Assembly (NCBI GenBank): GCA_036499225.1
Contig: DASYEC010000122.1
Coordinates: forward strand, 22,752-86,751
Direction of reading: 5' to 3'
DNA length: 64,000 nucleotides
From: Conexibacter sp.
GTDB taxonomy: Bacteria; Actinomycetota; Thermoleophilia; Solirubrobacterales; Solirubrobacteraceae
Made by a program: the position numbers and the translations under genes. Positions 1-12,875 of this stretch are shown here, piece after piece. Below the pieces are notes generated by a model. That model made no database searches. It was given only the letters and a program-made list of their open reading frames with translations, and was not told the DNA's origin. Position 1 is the first letter of the stretch; each line of letters opens with the position of its first letter.

Positions 1-1
1 C

Positions 2-820
2 CGCGCGCTGCAATACCAGCGGCTCTGCGGCGGTGTGCTCGGGCTGCACGAGGAGGACCCGTCGCTGTCCGGTGCCGGCGTGATGCACGAGGGCGAGGTG
101 TCGGCGCGGCTCGGGCTTGCTGGGATCCCGTCGATCTCGGAGTCGAGCTTCGTCGCGCGCGACGGGATGATCGCCGCCTACGAGGGCGGCCGGATGCACT
201 TCCAGCACCTCTCGGCCGTGCAGTCGGTCGAGGCGCTCGCGTACTGGAAGGCGAGAGGCGCCCAGGTCAGCGGCGAGGCCTCGCCGCACCACCTGACGCT
301 CACGCACGAGGCGGTCGCCTCGCTCGACAGCCGCTTCAAGATGAACCCGCCCCTGCGCTCGGAGCAGGACCGCCAGGCGCTGATCGCCGGCCTCAAGGAC
401 GGCACGATCGACTGCATCGCGACCGACCACGCGCCGCACGCCAAGCACGAGAAGGAAGTCCCGTTCGAAGAAGCGCCGATGGGCACCACCGGGCTGGAGA
501 CCTCGTTCGCTGCGGTCTACACCGAGCTCGTGCTGCCGGGCGTCTTCTCGCTCGGGCTCTTGGTCGAGAAGCTGACCTCCGGCGCCGCCCTGTGGGACAT
601 CCCGACGCCGCGGATCGCGCCGGGCGAGCCCGCCAACCTCGCGCTGCTCGACCTCGAGGAGGAGTGGGTCGTCGGCAAGGACGGCTACGCCAGCCGCTCG
701 CAGAACTCCTCCTTCCACGGCCGCACCCTCAGGGGCGCGGTCAAGCTGACGATCGCCGCCGGCACCGTCGCCCACAACGCCCTCTCAAGTACCGCCGACG
801 CCACCGGAGTGACCGTATGA
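2..820 (+). CDS. pyrC: dihydroorotase, C-terminal part (5' end outside window)
   Basis: Frame is open from the window edge. Motifs DCIATDHAPH and PMGTTGLETSF are typical of dihydroorotase. The stop overlaps the carA start (ATGA at 817-820). Confidence 0.85.
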   Translation, partial: RALQYQRLCGGVLGLHEEDPSLSGAGVMHEGEVSARLGLAGIPSISESSFVARDGMIAAYEGGRMHFQHLSAVQSVEALAYWKARGAQVSGEASPHHLTLTHEAVASLDSRFKMNPPLRSEQDRQALIAGLKDGTIDCIATDHAPHAKHEKEVPFEEAPMGTTGLETSFAAVYTELVLPGVFSLGLLVEKLTSGAALWDIPTPRIAPGEPANLALLDLEEEWVVGKDGYASRSQNSSFHGRTLRGAVKLTIAAGTVAHNALSSTADATGVTV

Positions 821-1959
821 ACGACGCGACCGCCTACGTCCTGCTGGAGGACGGTGAGCGCTTCGACGGGATCGCCTGCGGAGCGGAGACGCACGCGGTC
901 GGCGAGGTCGTCTTCACGACCGGCATGACCGGCTACCAGGAGGCGATGACCGACCCGAGCTTCGCCGGCCAGCTGATCACGTTCACGACCGCGCACGTCG
1001 GCAACTACGGCGTCTCCGACGCGGCGATGGAGTCCACGGGCATCCACGCGCGCGCGGCGATCATGCGCGCGGCGACCAACCGCGACGACGCGCCCGGCGC
1101 GAGCGCCGGCTGGCTCGACTGGCTGCGCTCGAACGGCATCCCTGGCATCACCGACCTCGACACGCGCGCGCTCGTCCGCCACATCCGCGACGCGGGCGCG
1201 ATGCGCGGCGGCGTCTTCCCGGCCTCGCTCTCCGAGCAAGACGCGCGCGCGCTGATCGCCGCCGAGCCCACGATGGACGGCCGCGACCTCGCGCGCGAGG
1301 TGACGCCGCAGGCGTTGGCGATCCTCAGCCCGCTTGGCTCCGGCGCCGGCGACGGCCTCACGATCGCGATGATCGACACCGGCGTGAAGTCGTCGATCGT
1401 CGCCAACTTCCGCACACGCGGGGTGACCGTCGAGCTGCACCCCTGCACGACGAGCGCCGCCGACCTGCTCGCGCGCGACGCCGACGCCTTCTTCATGGCC
1501 AACGGGCCCGGCGACCCGGCCGCGCTCGGCTACGTCGTCGAGACGCTGCGCGGCCTCGTCGGCAAGAAGCCGGTCTACGGCATCTGCCTCGGCCACCAGC
1601 TGCTCTGCCGCGCGGTCGGCCTGGAGACCTACAAGCTGCCGTTCGGCCACCGCGGCTCCAACCACCCGGTCAAGGACCTGACGACCGGCCGCGTCGAGAT
1701 CACCAGCCAGAACCACGGCTTCGCCGTGCTCGGCCCGGGCGGCGCCGAGAAGGTCGAGAGCGACGAGCCGGTCCGTTGGGAGACCGACTTCGGCGCCGCC
1801 GAGCTGACCCACGTCAACCTCTACGACCGCACCGTCGAGGGGCTGACGCTGCGCGACGTCCAAGGCGCGACCGTCCAGTACCACCCCGAAGCCGGGCCAG
1901 GCCCGCACGACTCGCTCTACCTCTTCGACCGGTTCATCGCCGAGATCGCGGGCTCCTGA
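817..1959 (+). CDS. carA: carbamoyl-phosphate synthase small (glutaminase) subunit
   Basis: ATG at 817 ([13 protein letters not shown]). Contains the GATase motif [10 protein letters not shown] plus QNHGFAV and HPEA. Sits between pyrC and carB. The upstream part of the 592 ORF is an R-rich shadow frame. Confidence 0.9.
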   Translation: MNDATAYVLLEDGERFDGIACGAETHAVGEVVFTTGMTGYQEAMTDPSFAGQLITFTTAHVGNYGVSDAAMESTGIHARAAIMRAATNRDDAPGASAGWLDWLRSNGIPGITDLDTRALVRHIRDAGAMRGGVFPASLSEQDARALIAAEPTMDGRDLAREVTPQALAILSPLGSGAGDGLTIAMIDTGVKSSIVANFRTRGVTVELHPCTTSAADLLARDADAFFMANGPGDPAALGYVVETLRGLVGKKPVYGICLGHQLLCRAVGLETYKLPFGHRGSNHPVKDLTTGRVEITSQNHGFAVLGPGGAEKVESDEPVRWETDFGAAELTHVNLYDRTVEGLTLRDVQGATVQYHPEAGPGPHDSLYLFDRFIAEIAGS

Positions 1960-1960
1960 C

Positions 1961-5092
<3,132 letters not shown>

Positions 5093-5149
5093 CTGCGACC
5101 CGAGACACGTTGAGAGTCATACTTCCGGTGTGGGCGCGTCGTGTGACGT

Positions 5150-5194
5150 CGCTCACCCACCGGTGAGCGTGCTCGTGCACCGTCGCACGAGCAC
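5150..5194 (+). terminator. two adjacent perfect hairpins downstream of carB (no U-tract)
   Basis: CGCTCACC-cacc-GGTGAGCG (5150-5169) is followed at once by GTGCTCGTGC-accgtc-GCACGAGCAC (5169-5194). Located 58 nt after the carB stop. Confidence 0.4.
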
Positions 5195-5422
5195 GTCAGC
5201 GTGCTGTCTAACAGAGGGCGGGTGTTGGTCGGAACACTCCGTCGGGAACGCACGAGTTCTGGCGTATGGGCGCGGCGAGAGAATTGGACTGGTCGGGAAA
5301 ACTCCTGCAAAGCAGCGATATACCAATGTTCACCTTCGAGAGGGCTCGACCTCAACTCGAGGTTGAGACGAATTCGTCCCTTGGCGCTTGCCGACCCCCG
5401 CTCAGGATGTAGACTCGCCGCC

Positions 5423-5764
5423 ATGCCGCCGGCCAGCACCACGCCCACGAAGCACGCGACTGCGCCGGAGCGTTCCCTCATGCAGCGCATGGACGCGCTC
5501 AACCGTGCGAACGAGATTCGCACGAAGCGCGCACAGCTCAAGCGGGACCTCAAGGCCGGGCGCGCGGCTATCCACGAGCTCCTGATGGAGCCTCCGACCT
5601 ACATCGAGACCGCCAAGGTCTTCGACCTCCTTCTCGCGGTTCCGAAGTACGGCCGCGTGAAGGCGAACAAGGTCCTCACGCAGTGTCGTATCTCGCCGAG
5701 CAAGACGATCGGCGGGCTCTCCCAGCGACAGCGCGCGGAGCTCGTCGCGCTGCTCCGTCGCTAG
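5423..5764 (+). CDS. mihF: actinobacterial integration host factor mIHF
   Basis: ATG at 5423. C-terminal sequence RANEIRTKRAQLKRDLKAGR...KVFDLLLAVPKYGRVKANKVL...GLSQRQRAELV matches the mIHF family. Lies immediately upstream of gmk, as in actinobacteria. The 5' part of the 5201 ORF is not convincing as coding. Confidence 0.8.
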   Translation: MPPASTTPTKHATAPERSLMQRMDALNRANEIRTKRAQLKRDLKAGRAAIHELLMEPPTYIETAKVFDLLLAVPKYGRVKANKVLTQCRISPSKTIGGLSQRQRAELVALLRR

Positions 5765-5780
5765 GCGCCGCCACCTCCGC

Positions 5781-6341
5781 GTGGCACGCGTCTTCGTCAT
5801 CACCGGTCCTTCGGGAGTCGGTAAGGGCACCCTGATCCGCAACTTGATCAGCCGCGTCCCCTCGCTCGAGCTGTCGGTCTCCGCGACAACGCGGAGACCG
5901 CGGCCGGGCGAGGTGGACGGTGTCGACTACCACTTCCTTACGGACGCGTCGTTCGCCGAGAAGGTCGCCGAGGGCGCCTTCGTCGAGCACGCCGCCTACT
6001 CCGGCCGCCGCTACGGCACGCTGCGCTCCGAGCTGGACCGACGCACTGCGGCCGGCGTCCCGGTCGTCCTCGAGATTGAGGTCCAGGGCGCGCGCCAGGT
6101 GCGCGAGGCGCTGCCCGACGCGGTCCAGGTCTTCATCGTCCCGCCCTCCGCGGAGGCGCTGCGCGAGCGGCTGGTGGGCCGGGGGACCGACAGCCCCGAG
6201 GACGTCGAGCGCCGCCTCAAGGTCGCCGAGCACGAGCTGACCGCCTGCGACGAGTTCCAGTACCAGGTCGTCAACGACCGGCTCGAGGACGCCGTCGAGC
6301 AGCTAGAGCAGATCGTCGCGCGCGAGCTCGCAAACGGCTGA
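5781..6341 (+). CDS. gmk: guanylate kinase
   Basis: GTG start. P-loop GPSGVGKGT, plus SATTRRPRPGEVDGVDYHF. Confidence 0.92.
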   Translation: MARVFVITGPSGVGKGTLIRNLISRVPSLELSVSATTRRPRPGEVDGVDYHFLTDASFAEKVAEGAFVEHAAYSGRRYGTLRSELDRRTAAGVPVVLEIEVQGARQVREALPDAVQVFIVPPSAEALRERLVGRGTDSPEDVERRLKVAEHELTACDEFQYQVVNDRLEDAVEQLEQIVARELANG

Positions 6342-6446
6342 GCCCGGCGCGCGTGCGCTCCTGCGCGCGAGGTGAGAGTGCGCTCATCGGCTTTTTCCCG
6401 GTAACAGGTAGAATTCAGCGTCAATGACCTCTCGAAAGGCCACGTC

Positions 6447-6674
6447 TTGATCTCTCCACGCATCGATCGCCTGCTCCAGCACGTCGACTCCGACTACGCG
6501 AGCGTCGTCGTCGCCGCCAAGCGCGCGCGCCAGATCAACTCGTACTACCACAACCTCGGTGAGGGCACCTTCGACGAGTTCCCGCCGCCGATGGTCGAGA
6601 CGCGCTCGAAGAACTACCTGACGATCGCGCTCGAGGAAGTCGCGGACGGCAAGATCAAGTACCACTACCGCTAG
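6447..6674 (+). CDS. rpoZ: DNA-directed RNA polymerase subunit omega
   Basis: TTG start, 75 aa. Sequence IDRLLQHVDSDYASVVVAAKRARQI, and position after gmk. Confidence 0.85.
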   Translation: MISPRIDRLLQHVDSDYASVVVAAKRARQINSYYHNLGEGTFDEFPPPMVETRSKNYLTIALEEVADGKIKYHYR

Positions 6675-6705
6675 GCCGTAGGGACCGCGGGGCGGAGAGG
6701 CGTTC

Positions 6706-8007
6706 GTGGCACGGATCCTGCTCGGCGTCAGCGGCGGGATCGCCGCCTACAAGGCGCTCGAGCTCGTCCGCCTCGCAACGAAGGCCGGCCACAGCGTCCG
6801 GGTAGTACAGACGCCGACGAGCGAGCGCTTCGTCGGCGTCGCGTCGTTTGAGGCGATCACCGGCGCCCCGGTCCTGACCAGCGAGTTCGCGCCCGACCCG
6901 GCGCGCGGCGCCTTCCCCGGCGAGCAGCCGCCGGCACACGAGCCGATCAGCCACCTGGCGCTCGTCGGCAACGCCGACCTCTTCCTGATCGCGCCGGCCT
7001 CAGCGAACACGCTCGCGAAGCTCGCGCACGGCTTCGCCGACAACCTGCTCACGAGCGCCGCGCTCGCCGCGCGCTGCCCGCTGCTCGTCGCTCCGGCGAT
7101 GAACGACGCGATGTACGAGCACGCCGCCACGCAGGCGAACCTCGCGAGGCTGCGCGCCCGCGGCGTGCGCGTGATCGACCCAGGCGTCGGCCAGCTCGCC
7201 TCCAAGGGCGAGTTCGGCGTCGGGCGGCTGGCGGAGCCGGCTGAGCTCTTGGCGGCGTGCGAGGAGGTGCTCAGCGGAGCGACGCGCGACCTCGCCGGCC
7301 TACGCGTGCTCGTGACGGCGGGCGGGACGCGCGAGCCGATCGACTCCGTCCGCTACATCGGCAACCGCTCCTCGGGGCGGATGGGCTTCGCGCTCGCTGA
7401 GCAGGCGGCGCGCCGCGGCGCGGCCGTGACGGTGCTCGCCGCCAACGTCGCGCTCGCGCGCGCGGACGGGATCGCCTATCGCGACGTCGAGACTGCTGCC
7501 GAGCTCGGGGCCGCCTGCGCCCAAGAGCTCCCGACCGCGGACGTGCTGCTGATGGCCGCCGCGGTCGCCGACTTCCGCCCGGTCGACCCGCCGGACGGCA
7601 AGATCAAGAAGGACAGGGACGCGCCCGACTCGATCGCCTTGGAGCGGACGTCCGACATCCTCGCCACGCTCGCCGAGCAGCGCTCGCCCCGCCAGACCGT
7701 CGTCGGCTTCGCCGCCGAGCACGGCGAGGGCGCGATCGCCTACGCGCGCGAGAAGCTGACGCGCAAGCGGCTCGACGCGATCGTCGTCAACGACATCTCG
7801 CGCGCCGACATCGGCTTCGACACGCCGGACAACGAGGTCACGATCGTCACGTCGGCGGGCGAGCGCCCGCTGTCGTTCGCCCCAAAGCACGAGATCGCCG
7901 GAGCGATCCTCGACGAGGTCGTGCGACTGCGGGCCCACAACGCGGTTCTCGAGGAGCACGATGGAGCCACTGGGCCAACTGCCACCGGTAGCGCCGCACG
8001 AGTGTGA
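6706..8007 (+). CDS. coaBC: bifunctional phosphopantothenoylcysteine decarboxylase / phosphopantothenate-cysteine ligase
   Basis: GTG start. N-terminal flavoprotein domain (ILLGVSGGIAAYKA, PAMN) and C-terminal DFP ligase domain (TAGGTREPIDSVRYIGNRSSGRMG, KIKK). Confidence 0.92.
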   Translation: MARILLGVSGGIAAYKALELVRLATKAGHSVRVVQTPTSERFVGVASFEAITGAPVLTSEFAPDPARGAFPGEQPPAHEPISHLALVGNADLFLIAPASANTLAKLAHGFADNLLTSAALAARCPLLVAPAMNDAMYEHAATQANLARLRARGVRVIDPGVGQLASKGEFGVGRLAEPAELLAACEEVLSGATRDLAGLRVLVTAGGTREPIDSVRYIGNRSSGRMGFALAEQAARRGAAVTVLAANVALARADGIAYRDVETAAELGAACAQELPTADVLLMAAAVADFRPVDPPDGKIKKDRDAPDSIALERTSDILATLAEQRSPRQTVVGFAAEHGEGAIAYAREKLTRKRLDAIVVNDISRADIGFDTPDNEVTIVTSAGERPLSFAPKHEIAGAILDEVVRLRAHNAVLEEHDGATGPTATGSAARV

Positions 8008-8929
8008 GGCGGCGGCGGGCACCGCCCGCCGGATTGCTGAGAACGTCCGCAGCGCCGTGCAGGTGCCGGGCCGCACGCTCGAGCACGTGCTCGTCGCGCT
8101 CGTCGCCGAGGGCCACGTGCTGATGGAGGACTATCCCGGCGTCGGCAAGACCGCGCTGGCGCGCGCGCTCGCGCGCTCGATCGACTGCCAGTTCGCCCGC
8201 ATCCAGTGCACGGCGGACCTGTTGCCCGCAGACGTCGCCGGCACGAACGTCTACAACCAGCGCGAGGGCCGCTTCGAGTTCCGCCCCGGGCCGGTCTTCG
8301 CGAACGTCGTGATCGTCGACGAGATCAACCGCGCCTCGCCGCGCACGCAGTCCGGCCTGCTGGAGTGCATGCAGGAGCGGCGCGTGACGGTCGACGTCCA
8401 CACGCACGAGCTGGCGCGCCCGTTTCTCGTGCTCGCGACGCAGAACCCGATCGAGTACGAGGGCACGTATCCGCTGCCCGAGGCGCAGGTCGACCGCTTC
8501 ATGGTCCGCGTCTCGCTCGGCTACCCCGACCTCGAGCACGAGGTCGCGATGCTCGCCGACCATGCCGGCGGCGACCGCGTGCTGGCGCTCGAGCCGGTCG
8601 TGACCGCCGCCGAGGTGCTCGCCGCGCAGGAGGTCGCCATGCGCGTGCGCGCGTCTCAGGCGCTGCGTGAGTACCTCGTCCGCGTGATCGCGCGCACCCG
8701 TGACGACTCGCGCGTCGAGCTCGGCGCCTCGCCCCGCGCTGGGCTGATGCTGCTGCGCGCCGCGAAGGCGCGCGCGATGCTCTACGGCCGCGGCCACGTC
8801 GAGCCCGACGACGTGCAAGCGCTCGCGCTGCCGGTCCTCTCCCACCGCCTCGTGCTCGCGCACGACGCGCTCGGCACGAGCGCGGGCGCGGTGATCTCCG
8901 ACGCCGTCGCGGCCGTTCCGGCCTTGTAG
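7961..8929 (+). CDS. MoxR-family AAA+ ATPase
   Basis: Walker A PGVGKT, Walker B VIVDEINRASP. ATQNPIEYEGTYPLPEAQVDRF is typical of MoxR/AAA_3. ATG at 7961 overlaps the coaBC end by 47 nt, so the start is uncertain. Confidence 0.85.
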   Translation: MEPLGQLPPVAPHECEAAAGTARRIAENVRSAVQVPGRTLEHVLVALVAEGHVLMEDYPGVGKTALARALARSIDCQFARIQCTADLLPADVAGTNVYNQREGRFEFRPGPVFANVVIVDEINRASPRTQSGLLECMQERRVTVDVHTHELARPFLVLATQNPIEYEGTYPLPEAQVDRFMVRVSLGYPDLEHEVAMLADHAGGDRVLALEPVVTAAEVLAAQEVAMRVRASQALREYLVRVIARTRDDSRVELGASPRAGLMLLRAAKARAMLYGRGHVEPDDVQALALPVLSHRLVLAHDALGTSAGAVISDAVAAVPAL

Positions 8930-8933
8930 CGGT

Positions 8934-10079
8934 ATGCCGCGCGCCGCCGGCATCGCGCTGCTCGGCCTCGTGCTCGCCGTCGTCGCGGGCGTCTTCGACG
9001 CCTCGCCGCTGTACGTCCCGGGCGTCGGATTCATCGTGCTCGGGGCGCTGACGAGCGGGTGGGTGGCGCTATCGGCCCGCGGCGTCTCGGTCACGCGCAC
9101 GCTCGAGGTCAGACGGGTCGTCGAGCAGGAGCCGCTGACGGTGAGGATCGACGTGCTGGCCGGCAAGCTGCCGCTGCCGGTCGCGACGGTCGAGGACCCG
9201 CTGCTCGACGCCCCGCTCGCGCTGCCGGCCGGCGCGCGCTCGCACCAGTTCACCGCGGTCGCGCGCTTCCAGCGGCGCGGGCGCCGCCGCGTCGCGCCGC
9301 CCGCGCTTGTGCTGCGCGACCCGCTTGAGCTGGCGCGCGCGCTGGTCCGTGGGGGCGGGGTGGAGGATCTGCTGGTGCTGCCGCGCACGAGCCCGGTCGC
9401 GTTCGGCGGCGGGCGCGGCGACGACGGCCGCTCCAACGGCGGCCTCGGAGCGCTGCTCGGCGCGGCGCCGACGGAGGTCGACGGCGTCCAGCCCTACCGC
9501 GAGGGCACGCCCGCCTCGCGCATCCACTGGTCGGCGCTTGCGCGTGGGGCCGGGCTGATGGAGCGACGGCTGCGTGTTGAGTCCGACGCCCGCCCGCTCG
9601 TCGTCCTCGACACCCGCACCGACGCGCTCGACACGGGGACGAGCCGCCACGACCTCGACATGGCGGTGCGCGCCGCTGCCTCGCTGACGCTGACGCTCGC
9701 GCGCGCAGGCGGCTGCTCGCTGCTGCTGCCCGGCGACCGCCGGCCAGCCCCGATCGAGGAGGACTTGAACGGCTGGGCCGCCGCGCACGTCCGGCTCGCG
9801 CTGGTGGACGGCGGTGAGTCGGTCCCGGCGCCCTCGCTCGCGAGCGCCGGCCTGCGCCGCGGCGCGCTGCTGTACGTCAGCGCCCGCCGCGTCGAGCGCA
9901 TCCCCGCCACCGCCCGCGCGATCACACGCGGCGAGGCCCTCCTCGTCGTGCCCGGCAGGGTTCAGGGCCGAGAGGCAGCGTTCGGCGTCGCTGGGTGCAG
10001 CGGGTATCGGATGCCGGCCAGCGGGCGCGCGAACGGCGCGGCAGCGACGGGCGCGAGCATCGAAGGGAGCCGGCCATGA
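8934..10079 (+). CDS. DUF58 domain protein (MoxR partner)
   Basis: N-terminal TM segments, and the DUF58 signature VQPYREGTPASRIHWSALAR. Directly follows the MoxR gene. Confidence 0.75.
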   Translation: MPRAAGIALLGLVLAVVAGVFDASPLYVPGVGFIVLGALTSGWVALSARGVSVTRTLEVRRVVEQEPLTVRIDVLAGKLPLPVATVEDPLLDAPLALPAGARSHQFTAVARFQRRGRRRVAPPALVLRDPLELARALVRGGGVEDLLVLPRTSPVAFGGGRGDDGRSNGGLGALLGAAPTEVDGVQPYREGTPASRIHWSALARGAGLMERRLRVESDARPLVVLDTRTDALDTGTSRHDLDMAVRAAASLTLTLARAGGCSLLLPGDRRPAPIEEDLNGWAAAHVRLALVDGGESVPAPSLASAGLRRGALLYVSARRVERIPATARAITRGEALLVVPGRVQGREAAFGVAGCSGYRMPASGRANGAAATGASIEGSRP

Positions 10080-10140
10080 CCGGCGCGCGCAAGCAGTGGC
10101 GTCCGACGGGCACGCCGGGCGAAGCAGGAGCGCTCCCGCG

Positions 10141-12444
10141 ATGACGGCGATCGCCCAACCGCCGCGCAGCGCGCGGCCGGCGAGCGCGCCGGCCGGGGGC
10201 GATGGGCAGCCGTCGGGCGCGCGCTCGCGGGCGCTGCTCACGGCACCGGTTGCGCGCGTCGTGGGGCTGGCGGCGCTGGGGATCTGGGCGGCCGATCGCT
10301 GGGGGATACTCGTCGACCCGTCCGGGACGCCGCGGATGCTCGCGCTGCTCCTGCTCGCGCTTGCGACCGGCGCCACCGTCGCGCAGCTCGCGCGGCTGCC
10401 CGCGACGACGCAGGCGCCGGCCGCGGTCGGCGTCGTGATCGTCTGGACGGCGACGAGCCTGATCGCCGCCGGCGCACCAGCATCCGACGTCCTCAACCCG
10501 ACCCACTGGGACACGCTCGCGCTCGGGCTCCAACACGGCGTCGACGTGCTGCCGAGCGTGATCGTCCCGTACTCGGTCGACGAGCCCTGGCCGCGGATCG
10601 CGATCCTGCTCAGCGGCGCGCTGCTGCTGACGCTCGGCTGCGTGCTCGGCCTCGCGCCCGGCCGCCACGGCGTCCCGTTCCGCGACGGCGCGCCGTTTGC
10701 CGGCGGCTTCGAGCTGCGGCTGATGAGCGCCGTCCCGCTGGTCGCCGCCGCGGTCGTCCCGGCGGCGATCCTCACTCCCGACTCGCCAGCGCTCGAAGGC
10801 GTCGTGCTGATGATCGTCGTCGTTGCCTATCTGTGGCTCGAGCGGCTCAGCCGCGCTCAGCTGCCCGGGGCGCTGATCGTGCTCGCGGTCGCGTGCCTCG
10901 CTGGCGCGGTCGCGACACCGCTCCTCGACCGCGGCGAGCCGTGGATCGACGTGCAGCACCTCGTCGACAGGATCGACAGACCGGCCGCGACGAGCTTTGA
11001 CTGGACCCAGACGTACGGCCCGCTCGACTGGCCGCGCACCGGCCGCGAGGTGCTGCGCGTGCGGTCGAACGTCGACTCGTATTGGAAGGCCGAGAACCTC
11101 GACGACTTCGACGGCCTGCGCTGGGCGCCGGCGAACGGGGTCGCCGAGAATGCGCTCGCCGAAGTTCCGCACGCGGCGCTGCTGCGCAAAGCGTGGCAGC
11201 ACTCCGTCGTCGTCACGATCGGCGATTTCTCGACGCCTGACGCGGTCGCGGCGGGCACGACCGTCAACTTCGCCGGCGAGGGGAGCCGCTTCACCGGCGG
11301 CAGCAGCCCGGGCACATGGGTCGCGCACGGCGCGCTGAGACCGGGCGAGACTTACGTCGCGGAGTCGATCGTCCCCAGACCCAAGGACGCGCAGCTGCTC
11401 GGGTCCGGCACCGACTACCCGCAGGCGATCGCCAGCTACCTGAAGGTTGGGCTGCCCGAGCACGCGGGCAACGGCTACGCGCCCGGCACCACCTCCGTGC
11501 AGCTGCCGGCGTTCGGCGCGGGGGAGGCCGAGTTCGCGATCCGCCAGCAGCTCGCGCTGAGCCCGTATGCCGGCGTCTACTCGCTCGCCCGCCGCCTCGC
11601 GGCCAGCGCCACGACGCCGTACAGCTACCTCAACCGCGTCCTCGGCTACCTGCGCGCCGGCTTCACCTACAGCGAGGAGCCGCCACCGTCAAAGGTGCCG
11701 CTGGCGTCGTTCCTGCTGCGGGACAGACTCGGCTATTGCCAGCAGTTCGCGGGCGCCGCGGCGCTGCTGCTGCGACTCGGCGGCGTGCCAGCGCGCGTCT
11801 CGACCGGCTTCACGAGCGGCTCGAGAGACTCCAACGGCGACTACGTCGTGCGCGACTACGACGCGCACGCCTGGATCGAGGTCTGGTTCCCGAACATCGG
11901 CTGGGCGCAGTACGACCCGACGCCGACCGCGGCGCCCGCGCTCGGGGGAAGAGTCCCGGCAGGCGGGACGGTGACGCCGTTCAGAGCGCCAGTCGTGCCG
12001 AGAAGACTGCCGCCGCTGAGACAGGCCCCGCGCCGTGACTCGGGCGTGGCCGCGCCGGTCGCCGACAACGGCTCGTCGTTCCCGTGGATCCCGGTGATCG
12101 TGATAGCCGTGCTCGCCGCGGCCGCGCTTGCCGCGCTGCTTTGGACGCTGCGCGCGCCGGTCGGCGAGGAGGCGCTGCTGGCTGAGCTGGAGCGGGCGCT
12201 GCGCCGGACCGGCAGGCCGCCCAAGCCGAAGACGACGCTGCTCCAGCTCGAGCACCGGTTCCACGACTCTCCGGAGGCCGCCGCCTACGTCCGCGCGGTC
12301 CGCATGGCCCGCTACGCCGAGGGCGAGGCGACGGTCACCGCCCGCCAGCGCCGCGCGCTGCGCGCCGAGCTCGCAAGGGGGCTCGGCCAGCTTGGCCGCA
12401 TCCGCGCGCTGTTCGCCCTGCCGCCGCGCCTGCGCCACCGCTGA
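10141..12444 (+). CDS. transglutaminase-like membrane protein (TgpA-like)
   Basis: Multiple N-terminal TM helices. Cys-His-Asp core: GYCQQFAGAAALLLRLGGVPARV, AHAWIEVW, YDPTP. C-terminal TM helix. ATG at 10141 was chosen; the ORF is open from 9814, but that part overlaps the DUF58 gene and is R/A-rich. Confidence 0.8.
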   Translation: MTAIAQPPRSARPASAPAGGDGQPSGARSRALLTAPVARVVGLAALGIWAADRWGILVDPSGTPRMLALLLLALATGATVAQLARLPATTQAPAAVGVVIVWTATSLIAAGAPASDVLNPTHWDTLALGLQHGVDVLPSVIVPYSVDEPWPRIAILLSGALLLTLGCVLGLAPGRHGVPFRDGAPFAGGFELRLMSAVPLVAAAVVPAAILTPDSPALEGVVLMIVVVAYLWLERLSRAQLPGALIVLAVACLAGAVATPLLDRGEPWIDVQHLVDRIDRPAATSFDWTQTYGPLDWPRTGREVLRVRSNVDSYWKAENLDDFDGLRWAPANGVAENALAEVPHAALLRKAWQHSVVVTIGDFSTPDAVAAGTTVNFAGEGSRFTGGSSPGTWVAHGALRPGETYVAESIVPRPKDAQLLGSGTDYPQAIASYLKVGLPEHAGNGYAPGTTSVQLPAFGAGEAEFAIRQQLALSPYAGVYSLARRLAASATTPYSYLNRVLGYLRAGFTYSEEPPPSKVPLASFLLRDRLGYCQQFAGAAALLLRLGGVPARVSTGFTSGSRDSNGDYVVRDYDAHAWIEVWFPNIGWAQYDPTPTAAPALGGRVPAGGTVTPFRAPVVPRRLPPLRQAPRRDSGVAAPVADNGSSFPWIPVIVIAVLAAAALAALLWTLRAPVGEEALLAELERALRRTGRPPKPKTTLLQLEHRFHDSPEAAAYVRAVRMARYAEGEATVTARQRRALRAELARGLGQLGRIRALFALPPRLRHR

Positions 12445-12455
12445 GCGTCGGGCGC

Positions 12456-12854
12456 GTGATGCTCCGAGCGGCCGCCTACACTCAGACCATGGCTGACGTG
12501 TACCAGTTGTACGTCCGCGGCGTTGAGCTGCTCGAGTCCGGCGATTTTCATCAGGCGACCGTTCCGTTGCGCCAAGCGCGCGACGCCGAGCCGGACAAGA
12601 CGTCGGTTCGCGAGGCGCTCGGGCGCGCCCTCTTCCACGCGCAGGCGTACGAGGAGGCGGCCGGTGAGTTCGAGGCGGTTGTCGAGCGCGCGCCAACGAA
12701 CGACTACGCGCTCTTCTGCCTCGGCCGCTGCCTGCAGCAGCTCGGCCGTCACGCAGAGGCACGTAGGCCGCTCGCCCAGGCTGCCGGCCTGCGCCCCGAA
12801 CGCCGGGACTACCGCACCTACCGCGACCGCTCCCGCGCCGCGACCGGCCGCTAG
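12456..12854 (+). CDS. small TPR-repeat protein
   Basis: TPR-like A/Y/G spacing (GDFHQATVPLRQARDAEPD, YEEAAGEFEAVVERAPTN, GRHAEARRPLAQAAGLRP). An alternative ATG at 12489 is possible. Confidence 0.6.
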   Translation: MMLRAAAYTQTMADVYQLYVRGVELLESGDFHQATVPLRQARDAEPDKTSVREALGRALFHAQAYEEAAGEFEAVVERAPTNDYALFCLGRCLQQLGRHAEARRPLAQAAGLRPERRDYRTYRDRSRAATGR

Positions 12855-12875
12855 GCAGCGTGCGCCGCGCCCCCT

